Of a stretch of 64,000 nt of DNA, positions 33,747-44,318 are shown piece by piece. The translations under genes were made by a program, and so were the position numbers. This DNA is from an uncultured bacterium (lineage in GTDB: Bacteria; Verrucomicrobiota; Verrucomicrobiia; Limisphaerales; UBA8199). Under the pieces are notes generated by a model. The model searched no databases, had not been told where the DNA came from, and saw only the letters and a program-made list of their open reading frames with translations. The stretch covers positions 352,001 to 416,000 of the forward strand of contig CAVVMW010000006.1 of NCBI GenBank assembly GCA_963749495.1, written 5' to 3'. Each line of letters begins with the position of its first letter. The stretch's first letter is position 1.

Positions 33747-34741
33747 CTACGGGGCCTTGGGCATCAACTCGCCTACCATAGACCGCTCTTCTTTCAGTTC
33801 ATTGACGGAGGCGTCAATGCGGGCGCGGCTGAATTCGTTGATTGGCACGTCCTTGACTATCTCCACCTTCTTGCGCGCGGTCCGGGTCGGGAACGAACAG
33901 AGGAGCCGGGCTCGACTCCGTAACTGCCATCCGAGCAGAGGGCGATGCTGTGCCAGTCGCCCTCGGGGGTGGACTCCAGGAGAGAGCGGACGCAGTCCAC
34001 GATGGCATTGGCGGCGCTGGCGGCACTGGAGGCGCCGCGCGCCTTGATGACGGCGGCGCCGCGCTGCTGGACCGTGCTGATGAACTGGCCCTTGAGCCAG
34101 GCCTCGTCCGTGATGGCCTGAGTGGCCGGCTGCCCGGCGATGCGCGCGTTGTAAAAGTCCGGATATTGCGTGGCCGAGTGATTGCCCCAAATCGCCACGT
34201 TGGTGACCGCCGTGACCTCGACGCCGCTCTTTTTGGCAAGCTGTGATTTGGCGCGGTTCTCGTCCAGGCGGGTCATCGCGAAGAACCGATCGCGGGGGAT
34301 GTCCGGCGCGTTGCTCATGGCGATCAGGCAATTGGTGTTGCAGGGGTTGCCGACCACCAGGAGACGCGCGTCGGGCGCGGCATTCCTCTGAAGCGCCTGG
34401 CCTTGGCCCACGAAGATCTTCCCGTTGATGCCCAGCAGGTCTTTCCGTTCCATGCCCGCCTTGCGCGGGATGCTGCCCACCAGCAGGGCCCAGTTCACCC
34501 CGCGAAAGCCCTCGTCCAGGTTGGCCGTCGGCACCGCCCCTTTGAGCAGCGGGAAGGCGCAATCCTCCAGTTCCATGGCCACACCCTGCAAGGCTGGCAG
34601 GGCCGGCTCGATCTCGATCAGGTGCAGAATGACCGGCTGCTTGGGCCCGAACATCGCCCCCGAGGCGATGCGAAAGACGAGTGAGTAACCGATTTGGCCG
34701 GCGGCGCCGGTCACGGCCACGCGAAGCGGTGATAAGCTCAT
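33747..34741 (-). CDS. mdh: Malate dehydrogenase, type 2, frameshift near 33905
   Basis: [50 protein letters not shown]. Confidence 0.92.
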
Positions 34742-34811
34742 AGCATAATTATTATTCGGATATCGTTGGCCCAATATGACGCCAGCCCCCCCCGGCAATC
34801 AAGCCCCTTGT

Positions 34812-35014
34812 TCGTCATTCCTCATTCGTCATTCGTCATTCGTCATTCCGCACTCCGCACTCCGCACTCCGCACTCCGCACTCCGCATTCCTACGCGGCG
34901 CCGTACTGCACCCGGCTTTGGATGAATTTGGCATCTTTGTCGCAGCCTTTGTCGCAACCTTTGTCGAGCTCAGCCGGGTTTCGACAAAGGTTCCGACAAA
35001 GGCCCCGACAAAGG
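34812..35014. repeat. Cluster of short tandem repeats: (GTCATTC)n, (TCCGCAC)n and an inverted 12-mer set (CTTTGTCG../CGACAAAG)
   Basis: Seen directly. Confidence 0.85.
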
Positions 35015-35027
35015 TCCTGAAAGTCAC

Positions 35028-35714
35028 TCAAAATCCGGCGCAGTACCGCGGCGCCGGCGCCTTCACAAACCTCGTTTCCCTCAAATAAATCGGTTCGATG
35101 TTCTCGCCGGCGAGGAAGTCCGAGCGGGCCAGGGCCAGGCCTCCCAAGGCCGCCGCGTGGGGAAAGACCACCCGGCCGCCGGGAAACCAACGGGTCACCT
35201 CGGGGCCGATGACCGTCACGCCGCCGGCTCCAGCCTGCAGGCGTTGCTGCACCTGGGCCATGGAGACGAGCCGCAGCGGCTCGACCTCCCGCAGGCCGGA
35301 GGCGCTGATTTCGTAGCCGGCCAGGTAGAACTCGTTGCGCTGCGCGTCAATGACGACCTCCACTCGTCCCGAAATCCCCTCCGCCTGCGCCTGCGCCGCC
35401 AGGCACTGTGCGCTGCCGATAGCCAGCAGCTTCACGCCGCGCGCAAACTGCCAGCCCTGCGCCAGCGCAATAGCCCCCCGTATCCCAGTGTACGAGCCGG
35501 GGCCAATCCCGACCGCCACGCACTCGACCTGCTCGAGCCCGACGCCCGCCTGCCTCAACGCCGCCTCGACCAGGCCAAACGCATCCGTGGACCGGTGATC
35601 CGTGCCGCCGGTTGCGGACTGACAACTGCCGAGCAGGCCCGGCCCGCCGCCCGCCGCCTCCACCACCGCCACGCTCCGTTGCGGCGATGAAAACTCAATC
35701 GCCAAAATCTTCAT
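35028..35714 (-). CDS. tsaB: tRNA threonylcarbamoyladenosine biosynthesis protein TsaB
   Basis: MKILAIEFS, GIGPGSYTGIR, IDAQRNEFY, EPIYLR. Confidence 0.92.
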   Translation of the reverse strand: MKILAIEFSSPQRSVAVVEAAGGGPGLLGSCQSATGGTDHRSTDAFGLVEAALRQAGVGLEQVECVAVGIGPGSYTGIRGAIALAQGWQFARGVKLLAIGSAQCLAAQAQAEGISGRVEVVIDAQRNEFYLAGYEISASGLREVEPLRLVSMAQVQQRLQAGAGGVTVIGPEVTRWFPGGRVVFPHAAALGGLALARSDFLAGENIEPIYLRETRFVKAPAPRYCAGF

Positions 35715-36276
35715 AGGTAATGCGCCGCTCCGTCTCGCTTACCGTCTCAATCCACACCCACCGCGCAGGAAGTGCGGAGTGCGGAGTGCGGAGTGCGGAG
35801 TGCGCACTCCGAACTTCCTCCGCCCTCCGCCCTCCGTCCTCCGCCCTCCGCCCTCCGTCCTCCGCCCTCCGTCCTCCGCCCTCCGTCCTCCGTCCTCCGT
35901 CCTCCACACTCCGCATTCCGCACTCCGCACTCCGCACTTCACAGAGTTTCTCCGCCCACTCGATCACCGTCACCCCTGCCGGGTCGAGATATTCCTCCAG
36001 CCCGGCCGCAGCGATCTGCTCCGGGGTCTCCAGCCGGTAGAGATCCAGGTGAAACAGGCTCAGCCGCCCGCCCGGATAGACGTTGACCAGCGTGAAGGTG
36101 GGCGAATGGACCCGCGCGGTGATGCCCAGGCCCCTGGCCAGGCCCTTCACCAACACGGTCTTGCCCGCGCCCAACTCCCCGGTCAGGCCGATGACCAGCC
36201 CGCTCTGCGCCTGGCGGCCCCACTCCTCCCCCAGGGCCTCGGTCTGGGCGGGGCTATGCGAAATGCGTGTAGCCAT
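35695..36276 (-). CDS. tsaE: tRNA threonylcarbamoyladenosine ATPase TsaE with an in-frame repeat insertion
   Basis: GELGAGKT, SPTFTL, HLDLYRL, IEWAE. Confidence 0.92.
   Translation of the reverse strand: MATRISHSPAQTEALGEEWGRQAQSGLVIGLTGELGAGKTVLVKGLARGLGITARVHSPTFTLVNVYPGGRLSLFHLDLYRLETPEQIAAAGLEEYLDPAGVTVIEWAEKLCEVRSAECGMRSVEDGGRRTEGGGRRAEDGGRRAEDGGRRAEEVRSAHSALRTPHSALPARWVWIETVSETERRITYEDFGD
35769..35940. repeat. Palindromic heptamer composite inside tsaE
   Basis: (GTGCGGA)n ... (CCTCCGY)~12 ... (TCCGCAC)n. Confidence 0.92.
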
Positions 36277-37186
36277 GAGCCGTCAGCGGGCGCATCCCCT
36301 GCTTGTCTCGAATCGCCAGGCCCTCCTTGCCGGTGATCTTCCCGATGCAGGTCAGCGGCAGCGCGGGGAACCGCTCTTTCCACGCATCCCGCAACGGCAC
36401 CGCCTGCCGCGCAGCGACGGTGAAGAGCAACTCGAAGTCCTCGCCGTCGGTCAAGGCGGCGGCCAGCGGCGGTTTGGCCGACAGTTGAGTCTTGGGGAGC
36501 AGGCGGGCGGCGCGGCTGATCGGAATGGCCGTCGCCAACAATTCGGCGCCCACCCGGCTGGCCTTCAGGATGTGCCGCAGGTCCCCGGCCAGGCCGTCGC
36601 TCAGGTCCAGCATCGCGTGGAGCTGGAAATGGTCGGCCAGCCAGCGGGCCTCGGCCAGGCGCGGCTCGAATTCAAGGTGTTTGCCTGCCAGCGACCCGCC
36701 CAGTTCACCCGTCACGAAGATAGCATCGCCGGGTTCGGCGCCGGAGCGCAAGACGGCCTTGCCGCGCGGCACCCAGCCCAGCAGGGCCACCGAGACGAAG
36801 ATGCGCTCGGGATTGGACGTCGTCTCGCCTCCGACAATGGCGACCTCATGCCGTCGCGCCAGGGCGTTCATGCCGGCGTAAAGGGCCTCGACGCAGCCCG
36901 CCTTGAAGTCCCGCGGCAGACCCAGCGTCACCAGGGCCGCGGTAGGCGTGCCTGCCATCGCGGCAATGTCGCTCAAGCACCGGCCCAGCGCCTTGTGCCC
37001 GGCCTTTTCCGGGGGCGTGTCCGCGGTGAAATGAATCCCCTCGACCACGGCGTCGGTTTTGAACAACAGGAACCGGTCTGCCAGGCCCACATCGAGCACT
37101 GCGCAATCGTCCCCTGCGCCCACCACAACCGATTTGTTGCCCGGCAGTGAGCGCGTCAACCGCCCGATGAGGTCGAACTCGTTCAT
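36254..37186 (-). CDS. thiL: Thiamine-monophosphate kinase
   Basis: MNEFDLI, GDDCAV, LSDIAAMAG, VGGET, DLSDGL, GEDFELLFT. Confidence 0.93.
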   Translation of the reverse strand: MNEFDLIGRLTRSLPGNKSVVVGAGDDCAVLDVGLADRFLLFKTDAVVEGIHFTADTPPEKAGHKALGRCLSDIAAMAGTPTAALVTLGLPRDFKAGCVEALYAGMNALARRHEVAIVGGETTSNPERIFVSVALLGWVPRGKAVLRSGAEPGDAIFVTGELGGSLAGKHLEFEPRLAEARWLADHFQLHAMLDLSDGLAGDLRHILKASRVGAELLATAIPISRAARLLPKTQLSAKPPLAAALTDGEDFELLFTVAARQAVPLRDAWKERFPALPLTCIGKITGKEGLAIRDKQGMRPLTAHGYTHFA

Positions 37187-38079
37187 TTGGCCAGGGAGAG
37201 CAAGACGAATCCCAGCGCGTTGAAGGTGGTGTGCGCGGCGATCGGGGCCAGCAAATTGCCGGTCCATTCATAGATGGCCGTTAGGACAAGCGCCAGGACC
37301 AGCAAGGGCACGAAAACCGCCAGGTTCGCATGGATGGCGGCAAACCCCAGGGCGCTGCACCAGAGCGCCAGCCGCGGGAAGCCGGCCTGCTTGAGCCAGG
37401 CGTAGAAAATGCCCCGGAACAGCAATTCCTCGCCCAGCGGCACCAACAGGATCGTCATGGCTCCCAGGGCGGCGCGCGCGGGCCAGGAGACTGCCTGCTG
37501 GATGCCCTTGACGGCCGGCTGCACCTCGGGTTTGACGCCCAGGCCCGGCAGCCGTTCCAGCGCCGAGGCCGAGGCCCGCTGCAGTTCCAATCCTACCGGC
37601 ATGAAGAGGGCCGCGGCCAACGCCCCCACCAGGAGCGCGCGCCCCGGGTTGGCCCGCAATCCAAAGGCCTCCCCCCAGCTTGTCCGGTGCTCCCGCAGCA
37701 GCCGCCCCACCAGCACCAACGCCGCCCCTTGAATGCTCACCATGCTGATGAGCATGTGGCGCGTCGAGATTTCCCCGGCCCCCGCGCGGCTCTCAGTCCA
37801 GGCGCTCAGGATGAAACCCGCATAAAACACGCCCATCGTCCCCACCAGCCGGCGGATTATGTTCTCCAGCCGCCAAGGCCGCTGCAGCAGGACCAGCGCC
37901 GCAGCCAGGCACACAAACGCCCCGGCGGCCGCGAGGTAAACCCATTTACCCCCGCCCTTGGCGCCCGTGCCCGCGTAATGCAGCACGCTTTCCAGCAGCG
38001 AGCCGCCGCAAAAGCACGCCATCATGCTCAATACAAGGCGCACCACCGCATCCGGCCTCCAGGGTTTCGCCGAAATCAT
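37183..38079 (-). CDS. CPBP family (CAAX-like) intramembrane metalloprotease
   Basis: EELLFRG, FAAIH, HTTFN; multiple TM segments. Confidence 0.85.
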   Translation of the reverse strand: MISAKPWRPDAVVRLVLSMMACFCGGSLLESVLHYAGTGAKGGGKWVYLAAAGAFVCLAAALVLLQRPWRLENIIRRLVGTMGVFYAGFILSAWTESRAGAGEISTRHMLISMVSIQGAALVLVGRLLREHRTSWGEAFGLRANPGRALLVGALAAALFMPVGLELQRASASALERLPGLGVKPEVQPAVKGIQQAVSWPARAALGAMTILLVPLGEELLFRGIFYAWLKQAGFPRLALWCSALGFAAIHANLAVFVPLLVLALVLTAIYEWTGNLLAPIAAHTTFNALGFVLLSLAK

Positions 38080-38160
38080 CGCCCCGCAAGCTACATCAGC
38101 GCCCGATGAGTGACACGGAAAAAGAGGCGGGATCGGTGGCGACAGGCGCAGGGGCAGAAA

Positions 38161-38245
38161 ATGACGAATGACGAATGACGAATGACGAATAAAGAAGAGC
38201 CTCCGTCATTCGTCATTCGTCATTCGTCATTCGTCATTCGTCATT
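38161..38245. repeat. Inverted pair of (GAATGAC)n/(GTCATTC)n
   Basis: Same heptamer as at 1-260, 29618-29645 and 34812-34848. Confidence 0.9.
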
Positions 38246-38283
38246 TTGCGTTCCTGCACTCGGAGGGCTATGGTGGGGGCGGT

Positions 38284-40359
38284 ATGGACCCCATGAAAAC
38301 CGCCCCCGCCGCGCACACCAACCGGCTGGCCCTCGAGAAATCGCCATACCTCCTCCAGCACCGGCACAATCCGGTGGATTGGTATCCCTGGGGCGAGGAG
38401 GCCTTTGCCAGGGCGCGCCGCGAGAACAAACCGATCTTCCTGAGCATCGGCTATTCCACCTGCCACTGGTGCCATGTCATGGAGCGCGAATCGTTCGAAG
38501 ACCAGCGCCTGGCCTCGTTTCTCAACGCCCACTTCGTCAGCATCAAGCTCGACCGCGAGGAACGTCCGGACATCGACCGCATCTACATGACCTTTGTCCA
38601 GGCCTCCACCGGCCAGGGCGGCTGGCCGCTGAATGTCTTTCTGACGCCCGACCTCAAACCCTTTTTCGGCGGGACCTATTTCCCCCCGGACAACCGCCAC
38701 GGGCGGCCCGGCTTCCTGGATCTCCTGGAGCAGATCCGCCAGCTCTGGCAGGCCCGCCAGGGCGAGGTCACCGAGTCTGCCGCGCTCATCCACACACAAC
38801 TCCGCCAGGCGACCGCCGGCCCGCCGCGGCCCAGCCTCGTGCCGACCCCGTCCATCCTTCGACGGGCGGGCGCGCTGCTCAAAGAGTCCTACGACCCGCG
38901 CCACGGCGGCTTTGGCGCCGCCCCCAAGTTCCCGCACCCAAGCCAGCCGCGCCTCTTGCTCCGCTATGCCAAGCGGTTCGGCGACCCCCAGGCCGTCCGC
39001 ATGGTCCTGCACACCTGCGACCGCATGGCGGCCGGCGGCATCCACGACCAATTGGGCGGCGGCTTCGCCCGCTATTCCGTCGATGCCCAGTGGCTGGTCC
39101 CGCACTTCGAAAAGATGCTCTACGACAACGCCCAGTTGGTCCAGTTGTACCTGGATGCAGCGCTGGTCAGCGGCCGGCAGCGCTATGCCGAGGTTGCGCG
39201 CGGCATCCTCGACTATGTGCTCCGGGACATGACTCATCCGGAGGGCGGTTTCTATTCGGCCGAGGATGCCGACAGCGAAGGCCACGAGGGCAAATTCTAC
39301 TGCTGGACGCGCCGGGAACTGGCCGGGCTGCTCGCGCCGGAGCAATACAATGTGGCCGTCCGCTATTTCGGCCTGACCGAGGAGGGAAACTTCCTCGACC
39401 ACAGCCACCCGGAGCCGTTGCCCAACCAGAACGTCCTGAGCGTGGTGGATGACGATTTGACCGCGCCGGAACAGGCCCTGCTGGCCTCGGCCAGGCGCAA
39501 GATGTTCGAGGCTCGCTCCCGGCGCCCCCGGCCGCACATGGATGACAAGGTGCTGGTCTCCTGGAACGGCCTGATGCTCGGCGCCCTGGCCCGGGCCTCG
39601 GCCGTCCTGGACGATGAAACGTATCGCGCCGCAGCGGAGAAGAACCTTGGCTTTCTGCAAGCCAACCTCTGGGACGCCCCGAGCAAGACGCTCTACCACG
39701 GCTGGCGGGATGGCCGGCGAGACAACGTCCAATTGCTCAGCGGCTACGCCTTTCTCCTGTCCGGAGTGCTCGACCTCTACCAGGCAACCCTCGCCCCCGC
39801 CCACCTCGATTTTGCCCTCGCGCTGGCCGAAACCATGCTGGACAGATTCTCCGATTCCGAGGGTGGCGGCTTCTGGCAAAGCCCTCCCGGCGCCGCCGAC
39901 CTCATCCTCCGCGTCAAAGAAGACTACGACGGCGCCGAGCCCGGCGGCAATTCGGTCGCCGCCCTGGCCCTGCTGGAGTTGGGCACGATTACCGGCCGCC
40001 CGGAGTTCATGGGCGCGGCCCGGAAAACCCTGCGCCTCTTTGCCAGCCGCCTTGACCAACTCCCGCAAGCCGTCCCCAGCATGCTCCAGGCCCTCGATTT
40101 CTCTCTGGACGAACCCGCGCGCTTCGTCCTGGCGGAGGACCCGGCCGCCGGGCCGGGCCCGCAACGCCGCGCCCTGCTCAATGCGGTTCACTCCCTCTAC
40201 CTTCCCAACAAGGTCGTCCTGGGCAACGCCGGCCCCGTCGAGCCCTTTGCCAGGACGCTCTCTCCTCGCGGGGACCCGACCGTCTATCTCTGCATCGGCA
40301 CTGCCTGCCGCCCGCCAACGACGGACCCGGCGAGGATCAAGGAGCTGGCGGGGGCGTAG
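38284..40359 (+). CDS. Thioredoxin-domain protein, YyaL/SSP411 family
   Basis: [45 protein letters not shown]. Confidence 0.92.
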   Translation: MDPMKTAPAAHTNRLALEKSPYLLQHRHNPVDWYPWGEEAFARARRENKPIFLSIGYSTCHWCHVMERESFEDQRLASFLNAHFVSIKLDREERPDIDRIYMTFVQASTGQGGWPLNVFLTPDLKPFFGGTYFPPDNRHGRPGFLDLLEQIRQLWQARQGEVTESAALIHTQLRQATAGPPRPSLVPTPSILRRAGALLKESYDPRHGGFGAAPKFPHPSQPRLLLRYAKRFGDPQAVRMVLHTCDRMAAGGIHDQLGGGFARYSVDAQWLVPHFEKMLYDNAQLVQLYLDAALVSGRQRYAEVARGILDYVLRDMTHPEGGFYSAEDADSEGHEGKFYCWTRRELAGLLAPEQYNVAVRYFGLTEEGNFLDHSHPEPLPNQNVLSVVDDDLTAPEQALLASARRKMFEARSRRPRPHMDDKVLVSWNGLMLGALARASAVLDDETYRAAAEKNLGFLQANLWDAPSKTLYHGWRDGRRDNVQLLSGYAFLLSGVLDLYQATLAPAHLDFALALAETMLDRFSDSEGGGFWQSPPGAADLILRVKEDYDGAEPGGNSVAALALLELGTITGRPEFMGAARKTLRLFASRLDQLPQAVPSMLQALDFSLDEPARFVLAEDPAAGPGPQRRALLNAVHSLYLPNKVVLGNAGPVEPFARTLSPRGDPTVYLCIGTACRPPTTDPARIKELAGA

Positions 40360-40744
40360 GGTCTCAGCGCCGCGCGACCGTTGCGAGAGGCGCGGCCGAA
40401 GTCGCGAAGCGTCTGGAGTGCGCGGCATTCCCGCGCTTTGACGTTCGGACGCCACGGGACGTGGGTGGGTTCACTGGCGCCAGACCTGTCGTGCCGGTTT
40501 TCTCTCAGGCGCGGACCTCCGGCCCAAAGGGCTGGCAGAGCCCAGCCCAGGGCTGAGGCCGCCAGGCCGATGCCCTGGGAACATGCCCACGGAAGATTAG
40601 GCGCGCCCTGAAGGGGCCAGAAGGCTCTGGCGCCCTTTCAGGGCGCGCGGCCCGGGTTTGTGGCGAAACCCAGGGCATCGGCCTGACGGCCTCAGCCCTG
40701 GGCTAGGTTGTGGCGGCCCGTCAGGCCGCGAGGCAGAGCCGCAA

Positions 40745-40940
40745 ACGCGGCTCATTCTCTCAGTTGGCGCGGCGACGCAAGGGCGACCGGCAGAAGGTGC
40801 GGATAGCATGGCGGCTGCGGCGCGAAAGCACGAGGACATCGAAATGGATTGCGCAGCGGCTTAAGCTGGGGACGTGGACGCACGTTTCCAGTTACCTGCT
40901 GCTAAAGCGGAGAGAAGGTGAAGAGTGTAAATAGTCTTGA
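40745..40940 (+). pseudogene. C-terminal remnant of a RAYT-like (Y1 HUH) transposase
   Basis: RKGDRQKVRIAWRLRRESTRTSKWIAQRLKLGTWTHVS resembles the HTH tail of such transposases (from memory); followed by TTGACCC. Confidence 0.5.
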
Positions 40941-41025
40941 CCCACTGCTTTTTCGACTCCTTTTTGCGTTGCAGACCCTGCAATTACGGCGTTGCCACGT
41001 TGACCCGACTTGGCATATTGCGCGT

Positions 41026-41913
41026 ATGCCAAAATGGGTGAAGATCGGGCTTTGCGTTTTTCTGCTGGGCCTTGTTGGCGGCATCGCCTGGCTGCTTTGG
41101 CACACGCGCGAGCCGGCTTACCATGGCAGGCCGTTGAGTCAGTGGCTGGACAGATTCAACCAGGGTGTGAATAAGGGTTGGCCACACAAGATGGAGGGGA
41201 CTACGGAGGCCATCCGCGCCATGGGGACAAACAGCCTGCCCTTTCTTCTGGATTATATCGGGCACCAGGAGCCGTGGATCACCCGCGTGGGGATTGACTT
41301 GTTGCGCCGGCAGCACCGGGTAAAGCTCCCGTTTTACGGTGAGAATCCTTACCGCGAACCATCGCTGATGGCCCTCCATATATTGGGTTCGGAAGCCGCC
41401 CCACTGTTCCCCGAGCTTCTCAAGCTCGCCGAGAATCCACTCACCTCCTATGAGGGCACAAGGGCCTTGCTAGCCATTGGAACCACCGCCATTCCGGCCT
41501 TGGAGCGAGTCTGCCGGAGCACCAACTTTAACGTAAGAGTTCTAGCCCTGTGGCAGATTGCCTCCCTGAGGGCCGTGCCTCGCGATCACGTATGGTGGGA
41601 TTGGAAGATTGCCCCGGCAAATGGCCGAGGAATTTTCGTGTTCGGGAGTGGCCCCGACCCTTACGGGCTTCGGAACGAAATGCTCGCCCTGCTCAAGAGT
41701 CCCGCCCCTGCAGTTCGGCGCGCGAGCGGTGATGCTCTTGCGACCTTTACTCGGCCTGCTGCTCGAGGAGAGCCGGCGCAGGTGCTATCAGCCCTGAGAG
41801 AGGCCCTGAACGACACGAACTCCGACGTGCGGTGCTCCGCAGCACGCGCCCTGAAACAAATCGACCCCACCAGTTCGGCTGATGTCGGGAAAGGGGTCGG
41901 TGAAAACTATTGA
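41026..41913 (+). CDS. Membrane-anchored HEAT-repeat protein
   Basis: TM segment, EPAYHGRPLSQWL, MGTNSLPFL, DVRCSAARALKQIDP. Confidence 0.8.
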   Translation: MPKWVKIGLCVFLLGLVGGIAWLLWHTREPAYHGRPLSQWLDRFNQGVNKGWPHKMEGTTEAIRAMGTNSLPFLLDYIGHQEPWITRVGIDLLRRQHRVKLPFYGENPYREPSLMALHILGSEAAPLFPELLKLAENPLTSYEGTRALLAIGTTAIPALERVCRSTNFNVRVLALWQIASLRAVPRDHVWWDWKIAPANGRGIFVFGSGPDPYGLRNEMLALLKSPAPAVRRASGDALATFTRPAARGEPAQVLSALREALNDTNSDVRCSAARALKQIDPTSSADVGKGVGENY

Positions 41914-41941
41914 CACAATACTGCCTCTTCCGGCGAGGCCG

Positions 41942-43493
41942 CTATTTTGGGCGCTCGACGGCCCAAAGCCAGCCGCCGGCGGTGGCCAGGTAGAGAGTGC
42001 CGTTGGCCACCACGGGGGAGGCGAAAATCCTCGAGGCCGAGGTTGACGCGATCCAGGACATCGAGGGCCTTGCCCGCCTTCAAGACCCAGAGATACTTGG
42101 CCGTGGGCATGTACACCCTGCCGTCAGCCACCAGGGTGGAGGCCCACGTCTCGGATTGGGTCTCGTGTACCCAATAGCATTTTCCCGTGGCCGCATCGAG
42201 GCAGTGCAGCCGGCCCGCCACGTCCGAGATATAGGCCAGGCCATCCGCCACCGAGGCTGTCGAAAGCGTCCGGTCCAGCCCTTGGTAAAGCCACACGCGG
42301 CCCGAGAGCGTGAGGTCTCCGCTCCCGCTGGCGTCAATGCAGTGCATGGCGCCGCGCCCGCGGCCGTGCTCGGGGTCGCGCCCCAGGGCAACATAGATGC
42401 GGTCGTTGAACAACACGGGCGTGCCGATGATCTCGCTCATCCCCACGAACGTCCCATCATGCAGGTTGAGCGTGCCCTTGACCCGCTTGTCTCCCAGGCA
42501 ATAGTAGGTGACCGGCTCGTCGCCCGCTGTGGCCTTGTATTCCGGCGGAATGCAGTCATACCACCAGATCGTCTTCAACCGGACCGGCTGCTCCGGCACG
42601 GACGCCAGTGCCGCCAGGGCATAACAGCAGCCATCGCCGGCCCCGAAAAACAGCAGCTTCCGCCCGCCCACCGTTCCCAGCGAGAGCGACGACCATTGCC
42701 CATGGAGCAGGCGGTGCGCCAGGCGCAGGTCATCGGTGGCCACCAGCCGCCCGGTGCGCTTGTCCAGGACGAGAACGTTGGGCGCGTCGGGGGCCGGGAA
42801 TTTGCGGTCCTTTTCCTTTTCCGGTTCGCTGAACGAATTGCGGTCGATGCCGTTGGACGTTGTCACGTAAAGCAAATCGCCGTCGATGACCGGCGAGCCG
42901 TTGGCCGTGTCGCAGGGAAAGACGCCCGCCCTCTCCTGCATGTCGAAGGTCCAGATGGTGCGCGCCTCCCCCGGCTCCGTCCCGGAGGGCGGGTTGACGT
43001 CCAGGCACACGACCTCGAAGCGCTGGCTCACGAAATAGACGCGCCCGCCATCGATCGCCGCCGTCGAGCAGACGCCCATCTGCGGCGGGATTTCGTGGAT
43101 GCCCAGGTTAAAGCCATCAATGTCCTTCGGGAATTTCTTCGGGGGCGCCTTCCATTTCCAGAGGAGCTTTCCGGTCGCCGCCTCCAGGCAAGCGAAGATC
43201 CCGTTGCCCTGCTCCATGCCGCCCACAAAAACCTTTCCTTGGGCGATGGAAGGTGTGGAATAAAGCGCGTTGCCGAGCTTGATTCCCCACCGGACGTTTC
43301 GGGCCGTGGCCGGATCGATCGTGCCGTCAGCCCTCTTTTCCCCCGGCGCAAACGAGTCGGGCAGGCCCTGTTCCGACGAAACCATGTTCTTGGCATCGGA
43401 CCCCGCCCATTGGGGCCAGTCGCCGGCGCGCACGGCGTGCGCGGCGCAGGTCAGGATGACGAGGCAGTAGAACACGAAGGCGCAACGGCGCAT
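41942..43493 (-). CDS. PQQ-like beta-propeller protein, frameshift near 42033
   Basis: GDWPQW, YSTPSIA, GSPVIDG, WASTLVADGRVY; the shifted frame gives FASPVVANGTLY. Confidence 0.85.
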
Positions 43494-43679
43494 GCAGAGA
43501 GCATACCCCGTCTTCTCTGCACCGCGATAGTCCAAATTGCTCGCGGCCTGCGAAGGTTCTTACCGCGGATTTCACGGATGACACGGATTCTTTTCCATCC
43601 GTGTTATCCGTGTAATCCGTGGTCCATTCCACTTTGGGTTGCGGCTGCGCTTCTCTGCGTTCTTTGCGTCTCTGCGGTT

Positions 43680-44318
43680 TCATTGCCCGTCCGAACCAGC
43701 CTGGTGTCCCCGTCCGCACCATCTGTCGGTGTCCCTGTTTCTGGTGTTGTCGGCCCATGAGCTGAAGAGACTCAGTGGCCCGCAGGCTTCCCCCAGGCCG
43801 GCTCGATCTTGTCCAGCGCCTCTATGGCCGCCTGACGGAGATTCAAGTTCCTGCACGTCGCGTGAGTCTCGGCCGATGGTGCCGGCCGCTATTCGGGCGA
43901 TTCTCCTCAGCATGGGATCCTGGTCCCGAAGAGCCGTTCTTATGAGTGATGGCAGCGCCGATTTTGCCTCCGGCCCGAACCCCAGCAAGCCGGCAATCGC
44001 GTTTTCCCTGATGTGACTTGTGGGAATCGGCTCCCATCGGGCGAGGCGTTGTTTAGCACGGGCGGGTAGTTTGCCCCACAAACTCGACCACGCCCTGGTC
44101 CAGGGAGTATCCCTCTTGCCGAGCGCCGCAATCAGATACGGGATCGCTTCCGGCCCAACCCAGGCAAGCCCGGTCTCCAATTGCCCGCGATTGGCAGTCC
44201 TGATCCAGCGGCTAATCTTGATCCCTTTATAGGCCGGCTCCGATTTCCCTGGCAGCAGGAGATAAAGACCACAAATGGCCACCACGACAGCCGCTCCGTA
44301 GAGGAGTGCCTTTTTCAT
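43680..44318 (-). CDS. HEAT-repeat membrane protein, C-terminus probably degenerate
   Basis: EPAYKGIKISRW, VGPEAIPYL, FGPEAKSALPSL. Confidence 0.65.
   Translation of the reverse strand: MKKALLYGAAVVVAICGLYLLLPGKSEPAYKGIKISRWIRTANRGQLETGLAWVGPEAIPYLIAALGKRDTPWTRAWSSLWGKLPARAKQRLARWEPIPTSHIRENAIAGLLGFGPEAKSALPSLIRTALRDQDPMLRRIARIAAGTIGRDSRDVQELESPSGGHRGAGQDRAGLGEACGPLSLFSSWADNTRNRDTDRWCGRGHQAGSDGQ

Noticed and set aside
38227..40455. Long antisense ORFs (also 4652-6112, 41997-43760, 59058-60680)
   Set aside because: Shadows of real genes in high-GC DNA with no recognisable motifs
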